64,000 nucleotides of DNA from an uncultured Bacillota bacterium. Its GTDB lineage: Bacteria > Bacillota_I > Bacilli_A > RF39 > UBA660. The notes below the pieces were generated by a model, which was given only the letters and a program-made list of their open reading frames with translations, was not told where the DNA came from and searched no databases. Position 1 is the first letter of the stretch. Each line of letters begins with the position of its first letter. A program made the position numbers and the translations under genes. Where the stretch lies: positions 4,044 to 68,043 of the forward strand of contig CAJMGO010000004.1 of the NCBI GenBank assembly GCA_905212975.1, read 5' to 3'. Positions 38,621 to 48,053 of this stretch are shown here, piece by piece.

Positions 38621-39277
38621 ATGAATATTTTGTTAATTGAAGATACAGAATCAATTATAAAAGGACTCACATACTCTTTTGAAAAAAATAACTATAATTT
38701 AAATGTAAAAACTACTATAAAAGATTCAAAAGAATATTTATTAAATAACTCCAACATTGATTTAATAATACTTGATATAACTTTACCAGATGGAAATGGA
38801 TTTAACTTATTTGAAAATACTATTAAGAATTTAAAAATTCCTACTATTTTTTTAACAGCTAAAGATGAAGAAGATGATATTGTTAAAGGATTAAATGTAG
38901 GTGCTGAAGATTATATAACTAAACCTTTTAGCTCTAAAGAATTACTTGCAAGAGTTAATAGAATATTATTAAGATCTAAAAAGAAAAATATTATTAAAGT
39001 AAAAGATATTTCTTACGATATGGATAAATTTGTTTTAATGAAAGATAATATTCCTATTGAACTAACTGCATTAGAATTAAAACTTGTAAATTTATTATTT
39101 AATAACTTAAATAAAGTAGTTAGTAGAAATGTTATATTAGATAAAATTTGGGATTGGACTGGTAATTATGTAGATGATCATACGGTTACCGTTTATTTCA
39201 AAAGAATTAGAGAAAAAATAGGAACAGATATTATTACTACTATTAAAGGAATGGGTTATAGGATTGATGAAGAATAA
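38621..39277 (+). CDS. OmpR-family response regulator
   Basis: Receiver domain (LLIEDTESI, phospho-accepting D in LIILDITLPDG) and a winged-helix output domain. 218 aa. Confidence 0.85.
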   Translation: MNILLIEDTESIIKGLTYSFEKNNYNLNVKTTIKDSKEYLLNNSNIDLIILDITLPDGNGFNLFENTIKNLKIPTIFLTAKDEEDDIVKGLNVGAEDYITKPFSSKELLARVNRILLRSKKKNIIKVKDISYDMDKFVLMKDNIPIELTALELKLVNLLFNNLNKVVSRNVILDKIWDWTGNYVDDHTVTVYFKRIREKIGTDIITTIKGMGYRIDEE

Positions 39278-40481
39278 AATTAAATTAAAACAGTATTTTA
39301 TTTCTACATTTATTGTATCAATATGTTTATTTGTTTCGTTCCTAACATTAAATATATATGAATACAATACTTATACTAAAAATTTTAATAATAAAATTGG
39401 TGCTATTATTAATGTAATCAAAGATAAGTATCCAGAAATAACGGATAAAGAAATTATTACAATTTTAAATAGTGATGAATTTGAATCTAATGATTTTTTT
39501 ATCAAATATGGAATTGATGTAGATAATAAATCAGTTCTTATTAAAAATGATAAAGACTATCATATGTTTTTAGTTATAAATATGTCTTTTTTAACAATAA
39601 CTATTATTATTTTAATGATTTTATATATTAGATATAATCATAAAAAAGAAAATGATATAAAGGATATTATTAAATGTATAGAAGAAATAAACAAAAAGAA
39701 CTATGAATTACAGATTGATTCGATATCAGAAGATGAATTATCAATTTTAAAAAATGAAATATATAAAACTACCATAATGTTAAAAGAATCAGCTGAAAAT
39801 TCTAACAAGGATAAAATAAATCTAAAAAAATCATTAGAAGATATTTCTCATCAATTAAAAACTCCACTTACTAGTATATTAGTAATGTTAGACAATATTA
39901 TTGAAGATCCTGATATGGATAAGTGTGTTAGAAATGATTTTATTAGAGATATAAAAAGAAATGTTACAAACATTAATTTTTTGGTACAAACACTTTTAAA
40001 GTTATCAAAGTTTGATGCTAATACAGTTTATTTTATAAAACAAGAAAATGATTTACAAAATATTGTTAAAGAATCCATTAAAAATGTTTCTACTTTATGT
40101 GATTTAAGAAACATTAATATTGAATTTAATACTAAAGGAAATTCTAAAATTGTATGTGATTCTAAATGGCAAATTGAAGCAATAACTAATATATTAAAAA
40201 ATGCTATAGATCACTCTAAAAATGCTTCAAAAGTAACAATTAATATAGAAGATAATAATGTATATTCAATGATTGAAATTATTGATACTGGTGATGGTAT
40301 TTCTAAAAAAGATATAGCACACATCTTTGAGAGATTTTATAAAGGTGAAAATGCTACATCTGATAGTATAGGTATTGGACTGGCTCTAGCAAAGACTATT
40401 ATTGAAGAAGATAACGGAAATGTTAGTGTTGAATCAAACAAACTAGGAACAAAATTCGTAATTAAATATTTTAAATTATAA
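39264..40481 (+). CDS. Sensor histidine kinase
   Basis: Two TM helices flanking an ~80 aa extracytoplasmic loop. H-box SHQLKTPLTSI. N, G1 and G2 boxes (NAIDHS, DTGDGIS, GIGLALAKTI). Overlaps the RR stop. Confidence 0.8.
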   Translation: MMKNKIKLKQYFISTFIVSICLFVSFLTLNIYEYNTYTKNFNNKIGAIINVIKDKYPEITDKEIITILNSDEFESNDFFIKYGIDVDNKSVLIKNDKDYHMFLVINMSFLTITIIILMILYIRYNHKKENDIKDIIKCIEEINKKNYELQIDSISEDELSILKNEIYKTTIMLKESAENSNKDKINLKKSLEDISHQLKTPLTSILVMLDNIIEDPDMDKCVRNDFIRDIKRNVTNINFLVQTLLKLSKFDANTVYFIKQENDLQNIVKESIKNVSTLCDLRNINIEFNTKGNSKIVCDSKWQIEAITNILKNAIDHSKNASKVTINIEDNNVYSMIEIIDTGDGISKKDIAHIFERFYKGENATSDSIGIGLALAKTIIEEDNGNVSVESNKLGTKFVIKYFKL

Positions 40482-40578
40482 TGCTCATAGTGTAGTAATA
40501 ATCCGAATAATCTAATTTAGAAAAAATGTGGTATAATTGAATAGATAGATAGTAATTTATTGAAATGGAGGATTGATT

Positions 40579-41034
40579 ATGAAAAAAATTTTAACTATTT
40601 TATTATGTGGGATTATAGTATTGGGAATGGCAGGATGTGGAAAAGCAAAAAATAAATTTGATATTGGAAATAAGTCTAATATTAAGATTTCACAAAATGA
40701 TGTTACAATGACTATTAAAGAGGGAACATTAACAAATAAAAGTGCAACTCTTGTTTTAACAAATAATAGTGATAAAAATTTCCAATATGGGGATCCTTAT
40801 GAAATAGAAATTAAAAAAGATGAAGAATGGCATAAAATAAATATTGAATTATATTTCGATATGCCAGCTTTTCAACTTTCAGCAAAAGAAAGTAAAGAAA
40901 TTGAACTCAATTGGGAAAATGGGTATGGTAAACTTGCAAATGGAACTTATAGAATTATAAAAGAAATTGACTATGAATATGAAGAAGAAAAATATGAAAC
41001 TTTCAATGTAGCAGTTGAATTTACTATTGAATAA
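40579..41034 (+). CDS. Lipoprotein, unknown function
   Basis: Signal peptide with lipobox LGMAGC. 151 aa. Confidence 0.55.
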   Translation: MKKILTILLCGIIVLGMAGCGKAKNKFDIGNKSNIKISQNDVTMTIKEGTLTNKSATLVLTNNSDKNFQYGDPYEIEIKKDEEWHKINIELYFDMPAFQLSAKESKEIELNWENGYGKLANGTYRIIKEIDYEYEEEKYETFNVAVEFTIE

Positions 41035-41068
41035 AAATTACAATTTGATAATTTGTTAGGAGGCTTAT

Positions 41069-41245
41069 ATGAAAAAATATATAAAATATTTAATAAATAT
41101 AGTTGTTTTTGAAATTATATATACTTTAGTAATGTATTTGTTTTCTAAAAGTATAAATTGGAAAATGGTTTTTGTTACAACAATAATATATGCTGTTTCT
41201 TATATAGTAACTGATTTGATATGTGATAAATTAAAAAAAGAATAA
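41069..41245 (+). CDS. Small 2-TM membrane protein (58 aa), absent from the ORF track
   Basis: Strong RBS AGGAGG 7 nt upstream of the ATG. Two hydrophobic helices. Confidence 0.35.
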   Translation: MKKYIKYLINIVVFEIIYTLVMYLFSKSINWKMVFVTTIIYAVSYIVTDLICDKLKKE

Positions 41246-41248
41246 ATT

Positions 41249-41327
41249 ATGAATTAAAAATATGAAGATTATAAAAAAAATAAAACAAAAAGAATATTAA
41301 AAGATATTATTACAGGATAATATCTTT
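41249..41327 (+). repeat. Repeat copy 3: gene-end remnant (..KTKRILKDIITG*) + terminator hairpin
   Basis: Same AAAGATATTAT-TACAGG-ATAATATCTTT hairpin at 41300-41327, preceded by a 23-codon ORF remnant ending KDIITG*. Confidence 0.7.
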
Positions 41328-41400
41328 TACTTTACACAGATAATTATTTTATTATTTAGTTTTTTGTTATTTTATACTATAATATGTATGGTGGTAAGAT

Positions 41401-42582
41401 ATGAAAAAAATAGTATTTGGTTTAATTATTTTTTTAACATTTATAAATGTTTCTGCGTTAGATATAAATTCAAAAAATGCAGTTCTTTATAATTTAAATG
41501 ATGATAACGTAATATATGAAAAATCTAAGGATGAAAAGATTCAAATAGCTAGTTTAACTAAGATAATGACATCTATTGTAGCTATTGAAAATATAGATAA
41601 TATAAATGATTATGTTACTCTTAAACAATCTGATTTTAAAGGATTAGAAGGGTATGCGAAAGCTGGATTTAATGTTGGCGATAAGGTAACGTATGAAGAT
41701 TTATTATATGGTATTATTTTACCAAGTGGTGCAGATGCTGTACAAGCTATTGCTAATAATGTATCTGGTAGTATTGATGACTTTGTTGAATTAATGAATA
41801 AAAAAGCAGTTGAGTTAAATTTAAAAAATACTCATTTTGATAATCCTATAGGTATGGATAGTGTTGAGAATTATTCTAGTGTAGATGATGTTGCTAAAAC
41901 TTTAAAATATGCATTAAAAAATAAAGATTTTAAAAAAATATTTACTACAAAAAAGTATACAACAACAAATGGTCTTGTTTTATCTAGTACACTAAGTGCC
42001 AAAGCAAAAGTTTTAAATAAAGATGCAAGTTACATATTAGGTTCTAAAACAGGAACAACTAATAAAGCTGGTCTTTGTTTAGCTAGTATAGCTTCCTTAA
42101 GTAATATTGATTATTTACTTGTAACTTGTGGAGCAAAAAATGGATCTTACCCATATAATTTAGAAGATGCATTAGATACTTATAATTATTATGATGAGAA
42201 CTATGAATATAAAACTTTAATAAGTAAAAATCAATTACTAAAAACTTTAAAAGTTAAAAAAAGTACAATTAAGAAATTAGATATATATTCTAATAAAAAT
42301 ATAAAAGTATATGTAAAAAAGAATATTGATTTAAATAACTTAGAATATAAATATGATGGATTAGATGTTATAGATTATAAATCAAAAGTAGGGGATAAAC
42401 TTGGCGTTATAACTGTTATGTATGAAGGAGAAGAATTATATACTTACGATGTTGTTTTAAATACTGAAATAAAGAAATTTCCTTATTATTTAATTTATAT
42501 TTCTATATTTGTATTTTTTATGTTAATAATTTATATAAAGAATAAAAAGAAAAAAAGAAGAATAAAAAGAAGAAAAAGATAG
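41401..42582 (+). CDS. D-alanyl-D-alanine carboxypeptidase family protein (S11), membrane-anchored by a C-terminal TM and poly-basic tail
   Basis: SLTK (SxxK), SGADA (SxN-like) and KTGTT (KTG). C-terminal TM followed by KKKKRRIKRRKR. Confidence 0.7.
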   Translation: MKKIVFGLIIFLTFINVSALDINSKNAVLYNLNDDNVIYEKSKDEKIQIASLTKIMTSIVAIENIDNINDYVTLKQSDFKGLEGYAKAGFNVGDKVTYEDLLYGIILPSGADAVQAIANNVSGSIDDFVELMNKKAVELNLKNTHFDNPIGMDSVENYSSVDDVAKTLKYALKNKDFKKIFTTKKYTTTNGLVLSSTLSAKAKVLNKDASYILGSKTGTTNKAGLCLASIASLSNIDYLLVTCGAKNGSYPYNLEDALDTYNYYDENYEYKTLISKNQLLKTLKVKKSTIKKLDIYSNKNIKVYVKKNIDLNNLEYKYDGLDVIDYKSKVGDKLGVITVMYEGEELYTYDVVLNTEIKKFPYYLIYISIFVFFMLIIYIKNKKKKRRIKRRKR

Positions 42583-42585
42583 AAT

Positions 42586-43497
42586 TTAATTTTCTATCTT
42601 TTTAATTGCATCTTTAATTATATCAACTGAGTTTTGTAATTTATTTGTTTCTTCTTCATTTAATTTAACATATATTCTTTTTTGTATACCTGATTTATTT
42701 ATTATAGAAGGTATTCCCATATATATATCATTTACTTCATCATATGCTGAAACAGCAAGTACTGTATTTTCATCACCTAATATAGCATTTGTTATTCTAG
42801 CTAAACACATACCAATTCCATAGAATGTAGCACCTTTTTTATTAATTATTTCATATGCAGCATTTCTAACATCTTTTTCTATTTCAGATAGTTCTTGATT
42901 ATTTAAAAAATCAGTTATATTTTGAAGACCTATATTAACATTACTCCATGGAACAAATTCTGAATCACCATGTTCTCCAATAACATACCCATGTACGTTT
43001 TTAGGATTAATATTTAGTTTTTCTCCAACTAAATAACGAAGTCTTGCTGTATCAAGACATGTACCAGAACCAATTACTCTATTGTGAGGTAATTTTGAAT
43101 ATTTAAATGTTAAATATGTCATAACATCAAGTGGGTTAGTAGCAATTAAAAATATACCATCAAATCCAGAAGACATTACATTATCTATAATAGATTTAAA
43201 TATTTTACTATTTTTATATATTAAATCCATTCTTGTTTCACCAGGTTCTTGATTTGCACCAGCAGCAATTACAATTAATGTAGCATCTTTACAATCAGAA
43301 TAATCTCCAGCTTTTATATCTATTTTAGAAGGACCTACTGCAAGACAATGATTTAAGTCCATTGCTTCTCCTTCTATTCTTGTTTTATTTAAATCAATTA
43401 AAACAAGTTCATTAACATATGTTCTTTGATTCAAAAGGGCATATGCATAACTCATTCCAACATTTCCACAACCTATTATTACAACTTTATTTTTCAT
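42586..43497 (-). CDS. ldh: L-lactate dehydrogenase
   Basis: NAD-binding VVIIGCGNVG, substrate/catalytic loop GEHGDSEFVPWS, 303 aa. Confidence 0.9.
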   Translation of the reverse strand: MKNKVVIIGCGNVGMSYAYALLNQRTYVNELVLIDLNKTRIEGEAMDLNHCLAVGPSKIDIKAGDYSDCKDATLIVIAAGANQEPGETRMDLIYKNSKIFKSIIDNVMSSGFDGIFLIATNPLDVMTYLTFKYSKLPHNRVIGSGTCLDTARLRYLVGEKLNINPKNVHGYVIGEHGDSEFVPWSNVNIGLQNITDFLNNQELSEIEKDVRNAAYEIINKKGATFYGIGMCLARITNAILGDENTVLAVSAYDEVNDIYMGIPSIINKSGIQKRIYVKLNEEETNKLQNSVDIIKDAIKKIEN

Positions 43498-43513
43498 AAA
43501 ATAAACCTCCTTT

Positions 43514-43614
43514 TAAGCATAATAGTAAATTAAAATACAACAAACTACTGCTATTACAACTAATGTGATAACTTTAAATGTAGTTTTTGCAATATTCTTT
43601 TTATATTGTTTCAT
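43514..43614 (-). CDS. Possible 33 aa micro-protein with one TM, upstream of ldh
   Basis: RBS GGTGAT. MKQYKKNIAKTTFKVITLVVIAVVCCILIYYYA*. Speculative. Confidence 0.2.
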
Positions 43615-43674
43615 TTTATCACCAAATTTATTATACCACATAAAGAAAAAAATTTACCCCCCTAAGGTAAATCT

Positions 43675-44223
43675 TTATATTAATCTTATTTCATCATCTG
43701 TAAAGAATGGTTTATTTTTATCTATTCTATCATAAAATAGAATTCCATTTAAATGATCTATTTCATGTTGAAAGGCTATAGATAAATCCTCTCTTGCTCG
43801 AATTGTTATTTTATTTCCATCAGTATCTAATCCTTCTACAGTAACACGTGCATATCTTGGTACATGGCCATCAACTTCTCTGTTAACACTAAGACATCCT
43901 TCTCCTGCTTCTGCAGCTATAATTTCTGTTGAATTACTAACTATTTTTGGATTTACTACAACATAGTTTTCAAATTTTCCTTCTTCATATTCATAGACAA
44001 TTACTATAATACGTTTTAAAATTCCAATTTGAGGGAAGGCTAAACCCATACCAGGGCGTAAATCATATTTTTTAGATAAATTTTCTATTTGACTATATTT
44101 TAAATTAAGTATTATTTGATTTATTGTTTCCTTTTCTTCTTTAGTAAGTGGTTCAGTTACTTCTTTAGAAATTTCTCTTAATATTTTATTTTTCTCATCT
44201 AATATTTTTAATTTTTTAAACAT
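43675..44223 (-). CDS. def: Peptide deformylase
   Basis: Motifs GMGLAFPQIG, EGCLS and HEIDHLNG. Start chosen at the Met preceded by GGTGATG. Confidence 0.85.
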   Translation of the reverse strand: MFKKLKILDEKNKILREISKEVTEPLTKEEKETINQIILNLKYSQIENLSKKYDLRPGMGLAFPQIGILKRIIVIVYEYEEGKFENYVVVNPKIVSNSTEIIAAEAGEGCLSVNREVDGHVPRYARVTVEGLDTDGNKITIRAREDLSIAFQHEIDHLNGILFYDRIDKNKPFFTDDEIRLI

Positions 44224-44300
44224 ATACATCACCAGTGAATATATTTTAGCACAAATTTAATTTAAAAACAATAAAAACCCTATAAAAATAGGGCTTTTAA

Positions 44301-44456
44301 TTAGTTGTTACGATTCCATGTTCCAGCACCAATTATGATTACAAGTAAAATAAATAGAACAAGGATTATAGCTGCTCCATATCCAGTACCGTATCCGTAA
44401 TTTCCTTGATTACAGCAAGCATTTCCGTATCCTTGATATCCTCCGTAGTAGTACAA
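44301..44456 (-). CDS. YjcZ-like sporulation micro-protein (Gly/Tyr-rich N-terminus plus hydrophobic C-terminus), TTG start
   Basis: (M)YYYGGYQGYGNACCNQGNYGYGTGYGAAIILVLFILLVIIIGAGTWNRNN*. RBS GGAGGGGA 6 nt upstream of the TTG. Matches the composition and architecture of the B. subtilis YjcZ family. Confidence 0.45.
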   Translation of the reverse strand: MYYYGGYQGYGNACCNQGNYGYGTGYGAAIILVLFILLVIIIGAGTWNRNN

Positions 44457-44598
44457 AAAAATCCCCTCCTTTTTCTAATATAGTCTACTCAAAAGATGTA
44501 AAATAGGTGATTGAATATGCCTAAATTATTTTAAAGAAATGTACTTTATCTTGAGAGTTATTTAATAGTGTGTTATTATATAAAATAGGAGTGAAAGT

Positions 44599-45753
44599 AT
44601 GAAAAAACTTAAAAATACACTTAAAGATATGGATAAAGTATTACTTATATGTACTGTTATATTATTTGTTTTTGGGCTTTTAAATATAGTAACAGCTTCT
44701 AGTCAAGTAGCAGTATTAAAGTATAATACGTCACTTTATAATTATTTTTTTAAACAAGCTGCAATACTTATTGGTAGTGTTATTATAAGTATATATATAA
44801 TTATGAAACCAACTAGAAATTATAGAGTATTTGGACTTGTTTTATTTATTGTAGTTGGCATTTTGAATGTAGCAGTTTTATTCATAGGACAAAATTGGAG
44901 TGGTAATCAGAACTGGATTGATTTTGGCTTTTTCAATTTACAACCAAGTGAACTTGCTAAACCAACAATGATAATTTTTTTAAGTGTTTTATTTGAAGCT
45001 TTTTATTTTAGATTAAGAAATCCAAATAAAGATCATAATAGTATGTTAGCTATTATATTATTTGCAGGATTATTTTTCCCATTAATGGTTTTTTTACAAA
45101 AAGATATGGGTACAATGATAATTTTATGTGTTATATTCTTTGTTATGTTTTTTGCAAGTCCAATATTAAAAAGTGATAAATTAAAAGTTCTGTTTCTTGT
45201 TTTGATATTAGGTGTAGTTGGTATATTTATAATTTTTGTTAATGCGGGTAAATTATTTTCAGAAAAACAACTTAATAGATTTAATTTTTTTGATCCATGT
45301 TCTAGATATGAAAGTGGTGGATATCAAATATGTAATGGATTTATAGCTATTAATTCTGGAGGATTATTTGGAGTAGGAATAGGTAATAGTACACAAAAAT
45401 CTTATATTCCAGAAGCTCATACAGATTCAGTATTTGCTATAATAGCAGAAGAATATGGGTTTATTTTTTCAAGTGTAATATTAATTTTGTATATTATTGT
45501 TTTATATAGAATACTTAAAATATCTAGTACATCTAAGACAATAAGAGGAAGATATATAGCATTTGGTATGTCTATATATATTTTCTGCCATATATTCATT
45601 AACTTAGGAGGATTATTTGGTATTATTCCTTTAACAGGTGTACCACTTCCATTTTTATCTTATGGAGGTTCATTTACTCTTTCTCTTTTCTGTTCTTTAG
45701 CAGTTATTCAGAGAATACATATAGAAAATAAAAATCAAAAAATAAAGGTTTAG
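44599..45753 (+). CDS. SEDS-family protein (RodA/FtsW)
   Basis: 384 aa, 10-TM. Motifs QPSELAKP, GGLFGVG, PEAHTDSVFAI and PLPFLSYGGS. Confidence 0.8.
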   Translation: MKKLKNTLKDMDKVLLICTVILFVFGLLNIVTASSQVAVLKYNTSLYNYFFKQAAILIGSVIISIYIIMKPTRNYRVFGLVLFIVVGILNVAVLFIGQNWSGNQNWIDFGFFNLQPSELAKPTMIIFLSVLFEAFYFRLRNPNKDHNSMLAIILFAGLFFPLMVFLQKDMGTMIILCVIFFVMFFASPILKSDKLKVLFLVLILGVVGIFIIFVNAGKLFSEKQLNRFNFFDPCSRYESGGYQICNGFIAINSGGLFGVGIGNSTQKSYIPEAHTDSVFAIIAEEYGFIFSSVILILYIIVLYRILKISSTSKTIRGRYIAFGMSIYIFCHIFINLGGLFGIIPLTGVPLPFLSYGGSFTLSLFCSLAVIQRIHIENKNQKIKV

Positions 45754-45827
45754 AACAAGTTTTTTATAAAACTTGTTTTTAATTCTTATTTTTTATGTTA
45801 AAATATGTTTAGTTAGTGGGTGAGTTT

Positions 45828-47105
45828 ATGGAAAGAGTTATACCATCAGATAAATTTATTGTTATAAATAAATCAATTTTAAATGATAGTGATAGAAAAA
45901 TTCTTTTCATGCTATATCAGCCTATAATAGGTCAATCATCAATTAGTCTATATTTTTCCCTTTGGGCATATTTAGATCAAAATGATATAACTTCATCTGA
46001 TTGGACACATCTACATCTTATAAATAATACTCAAATGGATCTAGATGAAATTATAAATTCTAGAGAAAAGTTAGAAGGTATAGGACTTTTAAAAACATAT
46101 GTTAAAAGAGGTATTACAAATGAATATGTATATGAATTGTATTCTCCTTTATCTGTTTATGAATTTTTGAATAATCCTGTTTTAAATATAAGTTTATATA
46201 ATAGTGTCGGTGAAACTGAGTTTGAAAGAATAGTTTCTTATTTTAAAATTCCAACTATAAATTTAGATGAATATGAAGATATAACTTCATCATTTAATGA
46301 TATATTTATGAGTATTGATTTTGATAGTTATAGACCTATATTAGGTGATTTAAGAGAAAATAAAAAGAACAAACTAAAAATATTATCTTCATTTAATTTA
46401 GAAAATACAATAAGTCTTATACCCGAAGAACTACTAGATACAAAATATGTTACAAATGAAATAAAAGATTTTTTATATAAATTGTCATTTATTTATAATT
46501 ATAATGATTCAGAAATGCTAGAATTGATTAAAAATTCAATTATAGATAAAAAAATAAGTAAAGAACTTTTAAAAGAAAATGCAAGAAAATATTATAAGTT
46601 TGAAAATCCTGATAAAGTGGTTGGAATTGTATATAAAAAGCAACCCGAACGTTTAAGAAAAGAATATGGGAACAGTAAAAAAGATAAAATAATATATCAA
46701 TTTGAAACAATGAGCCCATATGAATTTATATGTAATAAGCATGGTGGTGATAAACCGACTAAGCATGAAATAAATATATTAGAATATCTTCTTGATGATA
46801 TGAATTTAAATCCTGGAGTTGTAAATGTTATTATTGATTATGTACTTAAAATAAGCAATAATAAATTAAATAAAAATTTTGTTGATGCTGTAGCGACACA
46901 GTTTTCAAGAAGTAAAATAGAAACGGTAGAAGATGCTATGGCTTTAGCAAACCAAGAATATAAAAATAGAAATAAAACTAAAACAACAAAGAAAGTTAAA
47001 GTTTTAGAGAGTGTTCCAGAATGGGCAAAGCAAGAAAATGACATGAAGCAAGGTAGTGCTGAAGATATTAAAAAGATGGAAGAAATGCTAAGCAAATTTG
47101 AGTAG
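45828..47105 (+). CDS. dnaB: Replication initiation and membrane attachment protein (B. subtilis DnaB-type, DnaD-domain)
   Basis: N-terminus KFIVINKSILNDSDRKILFMLYQPIIGQSSISLYFSLW...KLEGIGLLKTYV aligns with B. subtilis DnaB (VVKSRSMLQDIDRQIITQLYQPLIG...KLEGIGLLKVYM). Confidence 0.8.
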   Translation: MERVIPSDKFIVINKSILNDSDRKILFMLYQPIIGQSSISLYFSLWAYLDQNDITSSDWTHLHLINNTQMDLDEIINSREKLEGIGLLKTYVKRGITNEYVYELYSPLSVYEFLNNPVLNISLYNSVGETEFERIVSYFKIPTINLDEYEDITSSFNDIFMSIDFDSYRPILGDLRENKKNKLKILSSFNLENTISLIPEELLDTKYVTNEIKDFLYKLSFIYNYNDSEMLELIKNSIIDKKISKELLKENARKYYKFENPDKVVGIVYKKQPERLRKEYGNSKKDKIIYQFETMSPYEFICNKHGGDKPTKHEINILEYLLDDMNLNPGVVNVIIDYVLKISNNKLNKNFVDAVATQFSRSKIETVEDAMALANQEYKNRNKTKTTKKVKVLESVPEWAKQENDMKQGSAEDIKKMEEMLSKFE

Positions 47106-47117
47106 GTGAATTGAAAT

Positions 47118-48041
47118 ATGAAAAATGTAATTGATTCAATTGATAAATATAATAAAAAAAAGAATCTTGAAACAGAATTATATAAAGCTTTTAATGAATC
47201 ATATAGTAACGATAAATTTAAACGCCTTGTAGATAAATTGAAATTAAATATAGAAGTATTATCTAAATATACAAGTGAGTTGGAAGAATCATCTATTGAA
47301 TATGATCATTGTTTAAATTGCAAGGGATTAATTGAATGTAAAAATAAAATATGTGGATATGCTTATTTACCAAATAAAAAAGATAAATCACTTTCTTTTG
47401 GATATAAGGCTTGTAAATTTAAGAATAAATATGAAAAGGAAAACTCATATAAAGATAATGTTTATGTATATAATGAACCGAAGGAAATAGCAAACGCTAG
47501 AATAAAGGATATATACAAAAAAGATGCGTCTAGATATCCTGTTATAACTTATCTTATGGATTTTCTAGAAAAGTATTTAAATGGTGAAAAGGTAAAAGGA
47601 ATATATTTAAGTGGAAGCTTTGGAAGTGGAAAAACATATTTAGTTTCTGCTGTGTTTAATGAACTTGCTAAAAATAATATAAAAAGTTCTATTGTATATT
47701 GGCCTGAATATATATCTTATTTAAAAACTTTATTTGGAAAAGAAGAATATATAACTGTACTAAATAAAGTAAAAAAGATACCTATTTTACTTATTGATGA
47801 TATAGGTGCTGAAGCAAATACTTCATGGGAAAGAGATGAGGTATTGGGACCAATACTTCAATATAGAATGCAAGATGAATTGCCAACATTTTTTACATCT
47901 AATTTAGATATAAATATGTTAGAACAACATCTTTCTAATAGTAAAGATGGAATAGAAGAAATAAAAGCTAAAAGAATAATTGAGAGGGTAAGACAGTTAA
48001 CTAGTGAATTTAATTTAGTTACAAAAAATTATAGGAAGTAA
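47118..48041 (+). CDS. dnaI: Primosomal helicase loader DnaI
   Basis: N-terminal zinc-binding domain (CLNCKGL...C), AAA+ Walker A GSFGSGKT and Walker B LLIDDIGAE. Confidence 0.8.
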   Translation: MKNVIDSIDKYNKKKNLETELYKAFNESYSNDKFKRLVDKLKLNIEVLSKYTSELEESSIEYDHCLNCKGLIECKNKICGYAYLPNKKDKSLSFGYKACKFKNKYEKENSYKDNVYVYNEPKEIANARIKDIYKKDASRYPVITYLMDFLEKYLNGEKVKGIYLSGSFGSGKTYLVSAVFNELAKNNIKSSIVYWPEYISYLKTLFGKEEYITVLNKVKKIPILLIDDIGAEANTSWERDEVLGPILQYRMQDELPTFFTSNLDINMLEQHLSNSKDGIEEIKAKRIIERVRQLTSEFNLVTKNYRK

Positions 48042-48053
48042 GGTTGGGCTTTT

